DNA of 64,000 bases from positions 1,152,001-1,216,000 of the forward strand of contig CAXXUK010000001.1 of NCBI GenBank assembly GCA_963665125.2. The letters are read 5' to 3'. Positions 28,153 through 37,911 of the stretch are shown one piece after another (the stretch's first letter is position 1; each line of letters begins with the position of its first letter). Below the pieces are notes generated by a model that saw nothing but the letters and a program-made list of their open reading frames with translations, did not search any database and had not been told where the DNA came from. A program made the position numbers and the translations under genes. The stretch is from an uncultured Desulfarculus sp. (GTDB lineage: Bacteria; Desulfobacterota; Desulfarculia; Desulfarculales; Desulfarculaceae).

Positions 28153-28611
28153 TCAGGCCACGGCCACAACCGTGACTTCACTGAGGCTCTTGAGCACGCT
28201 GGTGGCCAGCGAGCCGAAAATGCTGCTTCTGTCGCCCTTGCTGCCCACCACAACGGTGCCAAAGCCGCCGTTTCTGACTACATCGACGATATCTTTGGCA
28301 ATGCCCTTCTTGCGCTCCATGGCCGTGATCTTGATCTGGTCTTCGTCAAAACCCATGCGGCAAAGATGCTTCTTGGATTCGGCCATGTTCTCTTCCACGG
28401 ACGCCCGTTCCCTTTTGATGGCTTCAATATTCGAACGGACCTTGTTGGTGAAGGGTGTCTCCACCATTTCATAATCCGGCGCCTTGTCGTATACGGAAAA
28501 AATGGTGACCTTCACCCCCTCCACGCGGGAAAACATCTGTCCGACATACTCAACCGCGCGCAGGGCTGTCTGAGAATTGTCATACGCCAACAGTACATTG
28601 GTCCACAGCAT
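28153..28611 (-). CDS. Universal stress protein
   Basis: VLLAYDNS..A..A, VVVGSKG, FGSLATSVL; GGAGG RBS before ATG 28611. Confidence 0.9.
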   Translation of the reverse strand: MLWTNVLLAYDNSQTALRAVEYVGQMFSRVEGVKVTIFSVYDKAPDYEMVETPFTNKVRSNIEAIKRERASVEENMAESKKHLCRMGFDEDQIKITAMERKKGIAKDIVDVVRNGGFGTVVVGSKGDRSSIFGSLATSVLKSLSEVTVVAVA

Positions 28612-29086
28612 CCGGTCCTCCATCTTCATCAGCTTTAGCGATTACCCTGACCACCTTCACGGCCAGGTGTTCACTGCCGGCCAGCCTTTTGGACAGGCGG
28701 CTCACCCCGAACCAGCACAGCGCCAACAACGACAGCCCCAAAACAACGGCGGACACCTGGGAGTCGTAACCGTATCTCGGGCCATAGGCCTTGCCCAAGG
28801 CGGCGCCCAAAATCAGGGCTATGACCGGAACCATGTAAACCATGAATCCGGCTCCCAGAACACCCTTACGCTTGGCCGCGACCAAAACTCGATCCCCTTC
28901 GTCCGCTCCGGCTTCATTGATTGCCGGAACCAGGCGGATTTTTTCGCCGCCCATCATCTGGCAGGCCCCCTTGGCCGCGCAATGTGAGCAGGCCTCGGTC
29001 TGAACCGTTTCAACCATGGCCAGTCCGCCTCGAATTTCGCGGACAAAGCCTTGTTCCGTCATATGTGATGCTTTGCTGGTTTCCAT
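28580..29086 (-). CDS. RseC/MucC family protein
   Basis: EQG.V, ACSHCAAKGAC, A..GDRV, YMVP + 2 TM; start 29086 or 29062. Confidence 0.9.
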   Translation of the reverse strand: METSKASHMTEQGFVREIRGGLAMVETVQTEACSHCAAKGACQMMGGEKIRLVPAINEAGADEGDRVLVAAKRKGVLGAGFMVYMVPVIALILGAALGKAYGPRYGYDSQVSAVVLGLSLLALCWFGVSRLSKRLAGSEHLAVKVVRVIAKADEDGGPDAVDQCTVGV

Positions 29087-29152
29087 AATACTCATATTAC
29101 CATGTTTGAACGGCCCGGCGTAAACCAAAGCCTTATGTAAACATTCAACGTT

Positions 29153-29848
29153 TTATTGCTGCAGAACACCGATCCAATGCCCCAAAGGTAGGCCGTTAAG
29201 GACCGGTTTGGCCATTATTCGTTGCAATGCCTGTCCCAGACGCTGTTGATGCCGTGGCGGTGCGGGTATGCCGGGCAGGTTCTCACAGATCAGCAAAGGT
29301 CTATTCTCACCGCATGCGGCCGCATACACGTCCGCCATGAGGCCGTAGGCGCCCCCTACTGCCGCCTGCTCCACCAATTGGCTGAAGACAAGGCCAAGCG
29401 TGACATACCATTCGTCCATCATGGCCGGGCTACCCGGCCCGCACTTTTCCATGGACATCATCATTCGGCAAGCCAATGGCCTTGCCTCGTATACCGAGCA
29501 GGCGCCATTGGCATCTAAAAAAGGACATATACCAGGGATGGTGGTGGGGGTTTGTTCCTCCGGCGGCTCCTGGCCACCCAGAAACATCCTTGCAAACTGA
29601 TTGGGCGTTGTTGCTGGACGGGCGGCCGGGTCAACAGTTATCTCGGCCAAGGCTCTCAAGGTATTTTCTTGGCCATTGGCTTGCGCAAGATCCGCCAAAA
29701 TCTGCATTTCCAGCGTCGTAAGCATTACCCGGTCGGTGCAACAAACCGCGCAGCCGCTTTCACAGGCCCAAATCGTTGCGCCGACATGCTCGTCAAAGGC
29801 ATTATATAATGAGACCAGGGTTTTTAGGGCAATGTATTGTTTATCCAT
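29153..29848 (-). CDS. YkgJ family Cys-cluster (CxxCxxCC-like) protein
   Basis: CESGCAVCC and CPFL....CSVYEARPLACR. Confidence 0.88.
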   Translation of the reverse strand: MDKQYIALKTLVSLYNAFDEHVGATIWACESGCAVCCTDRVMLTTLEMQILADLAQANGQENTLRALAEITVDPAARPATTPNQFARMFLGGQEPPEEQTPTTIPGICPFLDANGACSVYEARPLACRMMMSMEKCGPGSPAMMDEWYVTLGLVFSQLVEQAAVGGAYGLMADVYAAACGENRPLLICENLPGIPAPPRHQQRLGQALQRIMAKPVLNGLPLGHWIGVLQQ

Positions 29849-29896
29849 GCGTGTTCAGTTTCCACACCGGGCGCCATACTTCGTTGAGCATGCGAA

Positions 29897-29925
29897 TTGA
29901 CAGTCCTCACAATGCTTTCTATACT
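29897..29925 (+). promoter_or_regulatory. Near-consensus sigma70 promoter
   Basis: TTGACA-N17-TATACT. Confidence 0.75.
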
Positions 29926-29991
29926 CCTTTGTAGCCCAGGGGGCCACTTATTCAAGACTGTTTTGCCCAATATGACGTGAAAGGACCATCA

Positions 29992-30138
29992 ATGAACAAG
30001 ATCACCCCGCCCAGACAACGGGAAGTACAGTGCCCTAAATGCAAAAGAAGTTTTAAAACTAGTTTATTGTCATTGGCCTACTGCCCATATTGCAGGACTC
30101 CTGTCAAATTGGAGCCAGGCTTCAGCCCCAACCGGTAA
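29992..30138 (+). CDS. Small zinc-ribbon protein (48 aa; absent from ORF track)
   Basis: MNKITPPRQREVQCPKCKRSFKTSLLSLAYCPYCRTPVKLEPGFSPNR; AAGGA RBS; upstream promoter. Confidence 0.75.
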   Translation: MNKITPPRQREVQCPKCKRSFKTSLLSLAYCPYCRTPVKLEPGFSPNR

Positions 30139-30201
30139 GCCGAAGGTAGGGTTACAGATAGTAGCCATACAATCAAATAATAAATTAATTCCGGGCGGTT
30201 A

Positions 30202-31191
30202 ATGCACAACAGCACATCAAATACAGGTTCACGACCCACGGTTTTTCCCGGCTATGTCAGTTTTGAGCTTTCAAACCTGATTCACGATACGCTTACACCT
30301 TGCGATGTGTTTTTCGAAGTCTATAGCGAACGCCTCGGCCGAAACAGCCTTACATTGGCCCTCAGAAAAGATCAAACGGTTGAACCGGTTATCCTTGAAG
30401 ACCTTGCATCACAGGGTGTTGTCCACTCTTACGCAAAACAGGAGGATCTTGGCAGCCTCCAGCAATATCTGTTCATGATGTCGGCGGACAACTTCTCCGG
30501 CCTATCCAAGCAAGAGCGCGTGGAACTGTTGTATGATGCGGCCGTTTGCACCATCAAATCGGCCATGCTCGAACCCAGAAACGGACGACGCTTGGCAATG
30601 GGCGTGCGTGTGGTGCGCAATATGGTCAGCACGATTTATGAAAGCATGCTGAACATTAAGCGGCTTCTTGCCCTGATGACCATTAGCAATGACATTTTCA
30701 ACCACTCCATCAAGACCTGCCTATTGGGTGCTGGTTTCGCCAAATTCCTGGGATGGACGCAAAAAGATACCGAAGAACTGGCTTTGTCCCTTTACTACCA
30801 TGACCTGGGGCTCGTGGTTTACGGTGACAACGATGAACCCAATCCCTTTGGCGTCAATCTTCAGCTTGAGGAAACGGACCAGGATCACCCAACCCGCTCG
30901 CGTGATTTTTTAACCCAGTTGCCCGAAGCCAATCCTCGCGTGCTGGATACCGTGCAAAACCATCATGAGAACATGGACTGCAGCGGATTTCCCCGAGGGT
31001 TGTGCGCCGACAAGCTCTCCGAGGCGTCGAGGATTGCCAGAATTGCCGATTTTTATGAACTCCGCACCTCGGGCGACAACCAAAACAGTTCGCCGTATGT
31101 CGCCCTGCGGATGATGAATATCGAGTTGGCCCAACAGCTCGATCAAAAGCTGGTCCACGAATTCGTAGTTTTTCTCGGGCGGTTATCGTAA
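30202..31191 (+). CDS. HD-GYP domain protein
   Basis: FNHS, YHDLG, HHENMDCSGFPRGL, IADFYE, LDQKLV. Confidence 0.88.
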   Translation: MHNSTSNTGSRPTVFPGYVSFELSNLIHDTLTPCDVFFEVYSERLGRNSLTLALRKDQTVEPVILEDLASQGVVHSYAKQEDLGSLQQYLFMMSADNFSGLSKQERVELLYDAAVCTIKSAMLEPRNGRRLAMGVRVVRNMVSTIYESMLNIKRLLALMTISNDIFNHSIKTCLLGAGFAKFLGWTQKDTEELALSLYYHDLGLVVYGDNDEPNPFGVNLQLEETDQDHPTRSRDFLTQLPEANPRVLDTVQNHHENMDCSGFPRGLCADKLSEASRIARIADFYELRTSGDNQNSSPYVALRMMNIELAQQLDQKLVHEFVVFLGRLS

Positions 31192-31236
31192 TGGCGGCCT
31201 GATCGATCTTGCAATAAAATGAATGAGGGAGGAAAA

Positions 31237-31830
31237 ATGAATAAAGCCGCGAAAATAATCATGCTGGCCGTTTCCGCAATGATCCTGGCCGCGACCGCCA
31301 ATGCAGACCAGATTACGGACCAGGTTAACGCGGGCATCAAGCTGTACGAGGAAGGCAAGATAAGCAAGGCCATCAACGAGATAGATTTCGCCCTGGGCCA
31401 GATGCGCCAAAAGCAGGCAGAGGCCATAGCGGCGCTTATACCCGAAAAGGTGGAGGGTTGGACCGCTAAAAAAGTTAAAACAAGCGGCAACCAGTCAATA
31501 ATGGGCGCGGGCACCATTGCCTCGCGGTCATACAAACAAGATGGCGGCAAGGGCAAGGTCCAGATCGAGATCATGCGCCTTGGCCAGGGCATGGGCATGA
31601 TGTTCAACCCGATGATGCTCCAACGCATGGGTGGCGGCAAGCCAGTCCTGATCGGCGGCATGAAGGGCACTATCATCGAAAAGGGCGAAACCGAAGCCCA
31701 ACTGGTTCTGACTCCGGCCAACGAACACATCTTGAAAATCGAAGTGTTACAGACCGAAGACCCCGGCGATGTCGCCGAAGAATTCGCCGGTGCCATGGAT
31801 CTGGCCAAAATAGTTGAGTTGTTACAATAA
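31237..31830 (+). CDS. Exported hypothetical protein
   Basis: GGAGG RBS; Sec signal peptide ending ANA. Confidence 0.8.
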   Translation: MNKAAKIIMLAVSAMILAATANADQITDQVNAGIKLYEEGKISKAINEIDFALGQMRQKQAEAIAALIPEKVEGWTAKKVKTSGNQSIMGAGTIASRSYKQDGGKGKVQIEIMRLGQGMGMMFNPMMLQRMGGGKPVLIGGMKGTIIEKGETEAQLVLTPANEHILKIEVLQTEDPGDVAEEFAGAMDLAKIVELLQ

Positions 31831-31853
31831 CCCAAATTGAAAGGGTTTATACG

Positions 31854-32144
31854 ATGAAGGCAGGAATAATCTTCACTGGCACTGGTCCGATTTTGGTCCT
31901 GACAAGCTACGCGTCATTGGGCGACGCGGATTTCGCTCAAAAGATGTCACGCAAGGGCATTATGAAATTTATAGCCCACGAGTTGGACACCGAACTGGTC
32001 CGCCAGCGTTACGGCAAACAATTCGAGGTGATACAAAGCGACCTCTTGCCGCAGGAGGATATCCGCGTGCTCGATTACAACGGCCACAACGTATTCTTCA
32101 ACTTTACTTACCAGGAAATGGGCCCGCCCATTTTCCACGAGTAG
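31854..32144 (+). CDS. Small hypothetical cytosolic protein
   Basis: 96-aa ORF with protein-like composition (MKAGIIFTGTGPILVLTSY...). Confidence 0.75.
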   Translation: MKAGIIFTGTGPILVLTSYASLGDADFAQKMSRKGIMKFIAHELDTELVRQRYGKQFEVIQSDLLPQEDIRVLDYNGHNVFFNFTYQEMGPPIFHE

Positions 32145-32310
32145 GGCCGACAAGTTAGCCTGCTTGACCGGGGCGGCGGGCGGTGTTAAATTTTTTCACG
32201 CCGTCGCACAGGACCGGTGGCCGGCAACCGCCGCACAACCAGATATATCTGCCGCGGATGTCCAATGCGTCCGCGGCCTTTATTTTTAAGCACACGGGGA
32301 GAAGATCAAA

Positions 32311-33489
32311 ATGCCTGTCGCAGTGAAAATCGTTGATTACATGGAACGCGCAAGCTGGATCCGGGCCATGTTTGAAGCGGGCGCAAAGCTCAAGGCCCAA
32401 TATGGCGACGAGAATGTCTATGACTTTTCCCTGGGCAATCCAAACTTGGACCCGCCGGAAGACTTTTATCATGTAGTCAGACGGCTGGTTGGCCAGCCGT
32501 CACCGGGAGACCACTCCTACATGCCCAACAGCGGCTTTATGCCGGTGCGCCAGAAAGTGGCTGACTACCTGAGCAGAATCCATGAAGTTCCGCTGAGTTC
32601 CGACTCCATCATCATGACCGTCGGCGCGGCGGGTGGTCTGAATATCGCATTGAAGACTATCCTCAACCCCCAAGACGAGGTTGTGGTCCCTGCCCCGCTG
32701 TTCATGGAATACAATTTCTACGTTGAGAATCACGGCGGCAAGATGATCATCGTGCCCACCAATGAAGATTTCAGCCTGAATATCGATGCCATGGCCGAGG
32801 CGATCACCCCCAAGACCGCGGCCGTGCTTATCAACAACCCCAACAACCCAACCGGCGCGGTGTACAGCCAACAACAGATAGATGATCTGGCTTCCATGCT
32901 CACAGCCAAGAGCAGCGAGATCGGCAGGCAGATTTACCTGATAAGCGATGAGCCCTACCGCCAGATAGTCTACGATGGGCTTCATGTGCCCAGCACCTTG
33001 AAGGCCTACCCCCACAGCATACTGGCCACATCATTCTCCAAAAACCTGAGCCTGCCCGGCGAACGCATCGGCTACGTGGCCGTGGGCAAGGGCGCCGATG
33101 ACCACGACCGTCTCATCGGCGGCATGACCCTGGCCAACCGCATTCTGGGCTTTGTCAATGCGCCTGGCCTGCAACAGCGCATCGTGGCCGAACTTCTGGA
33201 TCATAGCGCCGACATCTCCCAATACGCCAAAAAGCGCGAGATGATCTGCAAAGTGCTGGATGACGCTGGATTTGACTTCATCAAGCCCGGCGGCACGTTC
33301 TATGTCTATCCCAAGAGCCCCATCGCCGATGATGTGGCCTTTGTCAAGGCGGCCCAGGAGGAAAACCTGCTGCTGGTACCCGGCGCCGGTTTTGCCGGAC
33401 CGGGGCACTTCCGCATCGCCTTCTGCTGCTCCGATGAAACCATAGAGCGCTCGGCAAACGCCTTTAAAAAGGTCCGCAGCCGCTTTTAG
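32311..33489 (+). CDS. Class I/II PLP-dependent (aspartate-type) aminotransferase
   Basis: FSLGNP, NNPNNPTG, ISDEPY, SFSKNLSLPGERIGY. Confidence 0.95.
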   Translation: MPVAVKIVDYMERASWIRAMFEAGAKLKAQYGDENVYDFSLGNPNLDPPEDFYHVVRRLVGQPSPGDHSYMPNSGFMPVRQKVADYLSRIHEVPLSSDSIIMTVGAAGGLNIALKTILNPQDEVVVPAPLFMEYNFYVENHGGKMIIVPTNEDFSLNIDAMAEAITPKTAAVLINNPNNPTGAVYSQQQIDDLASMLTAKSSEIGRQIYLISDEPYRQIVYDGLHVPSTLKAYPHSILATSFSKNLSLPGERIGYVAVGKGADDHDRLIGGMTLANRILGFVNAPGLQQRIVAELLDHSADISQYAKKREMICKVLDDAGFDFIKPGGTFYVYPKSPIADDVAFVKAAQEENLLLVPGAGFAGPGHFRIAFCCSDETIERSANAFKKVRSRF

Positions 33490-33491
33490 TC

Positions 33492-34784
33492 ATGAAGCAG
33501 AGGCGATTCAGCCTGACCAGTCTCGGCTGCCGGGTCAACCAGGCCGAGGCTGACTACTTGGGCAGACAACTTGAAAACATGGGCTGGTTGCGTGTCGAGC
33601 GCGGCCAGCCCGTTGATTTCTCGCTGTTGATGACCTGCGCGGTCACTTCATCCGCGGCGCGTCAGTCCCGGCAGATGGCTCGCCGCCTTGCCAAACAGGC
33701 CGATTCTGGGATCGTGCTTGTCACCGGCTGCGGCGTGGAGGCCGAGGCCCGGGCCTACCTCGATGACGGCCACAAGGTCCTGGGCCGGGGGCAATTGTCT
33801 AGCCTGGCCGATTTGCTAGGCAGCGACCGCCTGCCCGAGGGTCCGCCCTCCATCGGGCCGGATGGCGGCCAATTCTGCCCCGGCGTGCTTGCTCCGGGCA
33901 ATGCCCGCAGCCGGGCAATGCTCAAGGTCCAGGACGGATGCAACGCCAACTGCGCCTACTGCATCGTGCCTTCCACCAGGGGTGGACCCCGCAGCCTGCC
34001 GCACGAACAAGCCGTGCGATACTGGCGCGAACTGGCCCAGACCGGGGCCAATGAGATCGTGCTTACCGGTATTCACCTAGGCCGCTGGGGTTGGGATTTC
34101 GACCCGGCCGGACGTTTGGAAGACCTCGCCCAAGCTCTGCTGGCCGCCGATGAACGGCCGCGTTTGCGCCTGAGCTCCCTGGAATCCCATGAAGTCACGC
34201 CGGGCCTTGTACGTTTGGCGGCCACCCACGACAGGGTCTGCCGCCACTTTCACCTGCCCCTGCAATCGGGCAGCGACAAGGTCCTGGCGGCCATGGGCAG
34301 GCCCTACACCTCCGGGCAATACCGCCGGGTGGTGGAGGACATCGCCAAAGCCATACCCGGTGTGTGCATCGGGGCCGACGTGCTGGTGGGCCTGCCAGGC
34401 GAAGACGAGGAAGCATTCGAACAAACGCGCTCGCTCATCCGGGAGCTTCCAATATCATATCTGCACGTGTTTCCCTACTCGCCCCGGCCGGGCACCAGGG
34501 CCTACACCATGCCCGAACGACCGTCCGGGCAGCAGGTAAACGAACGCTGTGCCATGTTGCGGGAATTGGGCGCGGAAAGAAAACTCCGGTTCCTGCAAAA
34601 CCTGGTCGGCAAGACCCTGGAGGTTGTTGTGGAAGGCAGATCCATGGGCCGCAGTTCGGAATACGCCCTGGTCAAGCTGGCCCAGAAGTTGCCCCGGGGA
34701 GAGACGTTCCAGGTCGAAGCAACCGGTTGCCGGACAGACGGCTCCGAGCCGTGCCTTGTGGGCCGCGTTTTAACGGACGCTTAA
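33492..34784 (+). CDS. mtaB: tRNA methylthiotransferase MtaB (radical SAM)
   Basis: LGCRVNQAE, TCAVT, KVQDGCNANCAYC, LTGIHLG, HVFPYSPRPGT. Confidence 0.9.
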   Translation: MKQRRFSLTSLGCRVNQAEADYLGRQLENMGWLRVERGQPVDFSLLMTCAVTSSAARQSRQMARRLAKQADSGIVLVTGCGVEAEARAYLDDGHKVLGRGQLSSLADLLGSDRLPEGPPSIGPDGGQFCPGVLAPGNARSRAMLKVQDGCNANCAYCIVPSTRGGPRSLPHEQAVRYWRELAQTGANEIVLTGIHLGRWGWDFDPAGRLEDLAQALLAADERPRLRLSSLESHEVTPGLVRLAATHDRVCRHFHLPLQSGSDKVLAAMGRPYTSGQYRRVVEDIAKAIPGVCIGADVLVGLPGEDEEAFEQTRSLIRELPISYLHVFPYSPRPGTRAYTMPERPSGQQVNERCAMLRELGAERKLRFLQNLVGKTLEVVVEGRSMGRSSEYALVKLAQKLPRGETFQVEATGCRTDGSEPCLVGRVLTDA

Positions 34785-34837
34785 AGCAATCTTTGACTAG
34801 CGGCCCGATTATTGGGTAAGTTTAGGCAAAACCGCCC

Positions 34838-36628
34838 ATGAGGATGTGGAACTTGGCCAATGTCACCGGTTTCAGTAGAGCTTGCCTTGCGCTGTCCATG
34901 CTGGCAGCCTTGCTGTTCTTGTTTCCGGCGCCGGTCCAGGCCCAACAAGAGCCCTCGCGTTTGAAAACCATTGACCTTGAGGTCAACGGCGGCACCATCC
35001 GGATCAACGCCGGCAGCGCCCTGGCGCTAAATCCGGACCTTCTCTTCCGGGTCGTCAGGGCCAGCACGGACGACTGGCTGGACATCGGCCTGGAATACCG
35101 GTTGAAATCCCATCCTGCCTATGACCTGCGGCGCCCTCATACCTTAAGGGAAATCCTGGGCGACAAGATTTTCGACATCGGCCAGATGGAGTTGCAGGTC
35201 TTCAAGAATGCCGTTCAGGTCGGCGAGATCAGCCTGCTTGTCTCTCCGTCTTCCCTGGATTGGCTGCGCCGTGCCGGTGAGGTAGAGGACCCGGCCGACA
35301 AGATCCGCTATATGAAAAAAGTCGCCGAGCTCAATCCCGGCGATGAACTGGTTTGGCAGACCCTTTTGGATATGCTGATCACCGCCGGAAAGTATAACGA
35401 TGCGGCGGATATGGTTTCCGCCCGGCTGGCCGATCAGGATGACCCCAGATTGCAGCGGCTTTTGGCCGAGTTGTATCTCAAACAGGACAAGATCGAACAG
35501 GCCGCCGCGGTGCTGAGCAAACTGCGTCCCGACTTCCCCGAGGACGAGGAACTGCTTACCTCTCTGGCCGCCATTTACAGTCAGCTGCGCCGCTGGCCCG
35601 AGGCCATAGGTGTTCTGGAGCAGTTGGCAGCCCTGCAAAAAGGTTCGCAAAAAGCCCATACCTTTATGCAACTGGCCGCCATATATGAAACGTCCGGCAA
35701 AAGCGAAAAGGCCCTGACATATCTGGAACAGGCCGCCCCGCTGTTGCCCTCCGACCCGGAACTGCAACTAAAACTGGCCTACTCCCTGGAAAAGGCGGGC
35801 AACAAACAAGGCAGCCTCGCCGCCCTGGAAAATGCGGCAAGGCTCCGTCCGGAGGACATGCCCCTGCAACAGCGCCTGGCCAGGGCTTACCTGGATTCGG
35901 GCGATGATGAAGCCGCCTTGGCCCATTTCCAGCGGCTGTCCGAGCTTACCCCCCAAGACACGGCCATTCTGTTGGCCCTGGCCCGGCTGTACCAAAAACG
36001 CGAGGACCACAAGGCCCTGGCCGAGGTGTACGGCAAACTGGCCCAGCTACGGCCAGGAGACCCGGACATCGGCTACAACCTTGCCGTTATCCTGCTTGAG
36101 ATCAACCAATATCAAAAGGCACTGGATGCATTGACGCCGGCCGTGGCCGCCAAGCCCGATGATCTGGAAATCATGGAACTGCTGTATGAGGCCCAGGTTG
36201 GCCTGAAGCGTTATAAGGATGCCGCAGACACGGCGGAAAAGATGTTTGAGGCCGGCGACGCCCAAAAGGTCGCCGGGATTGTCTACCCCGCCCTTTCCCA
36301 ACACCAGCCGGAAAAGCTGGCCGATCTATTGGAAAACGCCCAGGCCAAAGCTACCGGGAATGCATTTTTACACGAAATGCGCGCCGCATTGGCCCTCGAA
36401 CAAGGCGATCCGGACAAGGCCATCGAAGTCCTGCGTGCTTCCTGTAAGGCTCGTCCCGACGACATGGCCCAGGCCCTACGTCTGGCCCAGCTTCTGGAAG
36501 CCCAGGAACAGGACCGGGAAGCCCTGGAACTATACGGCAAAATCCTGGACAAATGCGGCGAATGCCCTGAGGTGGAAGATGCCTACATGAACCTGCGGAC
36601 CAGGCTGCTGAAAAGCGGCAAACCCTAG
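34838..36628 (+). CDS. Exported TPR repeat protein
   Basis: Signal peptide followed by many TPR-like repeats. Confidence 0.85.
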   Translation: MRMWNLANVTGFSRACLALSMLAALLFLFPAPVQAQQEPSRLKTIDLEVNGGTIRINAGSALALNPDLLFRVVRASTDDWLDIGLEYRLKSHPAYDLRRPHTLREILGDKIFDIGQMELQVFKNAVQVGEISLLVSPSSLDWLRRAGEVEDPADKIRYMKKVAELNPGDELVWQTLLDMLITAGKYNDAADMVSARLADQDDPRLQRLLAELYLKQDKIEQAAAVLSKLRPDFPEDEELLTSLAAIYSQLRRWPEAIGVLEQLAALQKGSQKAHTFMQLAAIYETSGKSEKALTYLEQAAPLLPSDPELQLKLAYSLEKAGNKQGSLAALENAARLRPEDMPLQQRLARAYLDSGDDEAALAHFQRLSELTPQDTAILLALARLYQKREDHKALAEVYGKLAQLRPGDPDIGYNLAVILLEINQYQKALDALTPAVAAKPDDLEIMELLYEAQVGLKRYKDAADTAEKMFEAGDAQKVAGIVYPALSQHQPEKLADLLENAQAKATGNAFLHEMRAALALEQGDPDKAIEVLRASCKARPDDMAQALRLAQLLEAQEQDREALELYGKILDKCGECPEVEDAYMNLRTRLLKSGKP

Positions 36629-36636
36629 GAGGTGCA

Positions 36637-37029
36637 ATGAGAATCGGCCTGGAAAGCCTGTTGTTAATGCAACTGGCCTACTGCGTCGTCGGCGTGGCCT
36701 ATAATGTACTCAGTTATTTTGTCGTTGCCCAGGGCGGCGCCCAGCTGTCGACCACCCCGCCGGTTCTGGGCGGCATCGCCATGTTTACCTATGGCCTGTT
36801 TCTGATTCCCGGTTTTGTGGGCAAGTTCAACATCTACAGAATCCTGATGGGTATTTCGATTCTGTTTTACGGTTTCGGCGGCATCTACAAGCACCTTTCG
36901 CTATACTTCGCAACCGGACTGGAGGGCTACCACTCGTTTTTGTCCTGGCTCCTGGCCTGGACCATCAACGTTTTCGGCCTGGTTCTCAACGTCATCGCCG
37001 CGGCGGGACTGTACAAAAAACAGGATTAG
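36637..37029 (+). CDS. Small 4-TM hypothetical membrane protein
   Basis: AGGAGG RBS; four hydrophobic segments. Confidence 0.75.
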   Translation: MRIGLESLLLMQLAYCVVGVAYNVLSYFVVAQGGAQLSTTPPVLGGIAMFTYGLFLIPGFVGKFNIYRILMGISILFYGFGGIYKHLSLYFATGLEGYHSFLSWLLAWTINVFGLVLNVIAAAGLYKKQD

Positions 37030-37154
37030 CCGTCTAAAAAACGAAATACACTGCCCAACGCCAGCCAAGATGACGATATTGCGCCTTTCCAAGGGATTAA
37101 CCTTTGGCGCTGCTTGACAAAAGGCCGGGTCAGTGGTACCTAAGCCAATCTGAC

Positions 37155-37208
37155 CATACTCCTTTCTCCGGCATGGGGCCGGGGACGTAAAGCCCAAGAG
37201 GAGGAACT
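37155..37208 (+). ncRNA. Putative S6:S18 ribosomal protein leader
   Basis: CTCCTT can pair with the SD region GAGGAG; inner hairpin CTCCGGC/GCCGGGG; unpaired CCC before the SD. Confidence 0.5.
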
Positions 37209-37643
37209 ATGAGGCATTACGAAACGATATTCATCGTTCATCCGGAGTTGCCCGAAGACGACACCAACGCCGTCATCGAGAAATTCCAAGGCATTCTGGA
37301 AGACGGTGGCGCATTCATGTCCAAAGTGGACCTGTGGGGCCGCCGCCGCTTGGCTTACCCCGTTAAAAAGCAAACCAAGGGTTTCTACGTACTGTTTGAG
37401 TACGGTTCGGAGCCCGCCGCCGTCGACGAGATGGAGCGCATTTTCAAGATCGATGAAAATGTCATCCGCTTCCTCACGGTGAAGCTCGACGATGTCTTCG
37501 ACATCGAGGCCGCCAAGGTCGAAAAGGCCGCCCGCGCAGATGCCCCCCCCACCCCGCCGAGGGCTGACGAGGACGCTGAAGACGACTACGATGTACACGC
37601 CGATTCCGACGATGACTATTCCGACGAAGACGACGAAAGCTAG
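37209..37643 (+). CDS. rpsF: 30S ribosomal protein S6
   Basis: MRHYETIFI, WGRRRLAYPV; acidic tail. Confidence 0.98.
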   Translation: MRHYETIFIVHPELPEDDTNAVIEKFQGILEDGGAFMSKVDLWGRRRLAYPVKKQTKGFYVLFEYGSEPAAVDEMERIFKIDENVIRFLTVKLDDVFDIEAAKVEKAARADAPPTPPRADEDAEDDYDVHADSDDDYSDEDDES

Positions 37644-37661
37644 GCCGCGGGAGGGCATGAA

Positions 37662-37898
37662 ATGATTTCCAGGAAAAGAAGATTCGGTCGCCGCAAGGTC
37701 TGCCGTTTTTGCGCAGATTCGACCTTGAAGATCGACTATAAGGATCCCCGCAACCTGCGGTATTTCACCACTGAACGCGGCAAGATTATTCCCAGGCGCA
37801 TCAGCGGTTGCTGCGCCAAGCACCAGCGCGAGTTGACTTTGGCCATCAAGCGGGCGCGTCATATCGCCCTGCTGCCTTTCGGCTCGTCGTATATGTAG
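37662..37898 (+). CDS. rpsR: 30S ribosomal protein S18 (Zn-binding form)
   Basis: [24 protein letters not shown]. Confidence 0.98.
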   Translation: MISRKRRFGRRKVCRFCADSTLKIDYKDPRNLRYFTTERGKIIPRRISGCCAKHQRELTLAIKRARHIALLPFGSSYM

Positions 37899-37911
37899 GC
37901 GGCGAAGCACC

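Noticed and set aside
32183..32200. Rex-like GTGTTAA...TTCACG upstream of the aminotransferase
   Set aside because: Spacer is 5 nt, not 4; better explained as the -10 of TTGACC-N17-TAAATT
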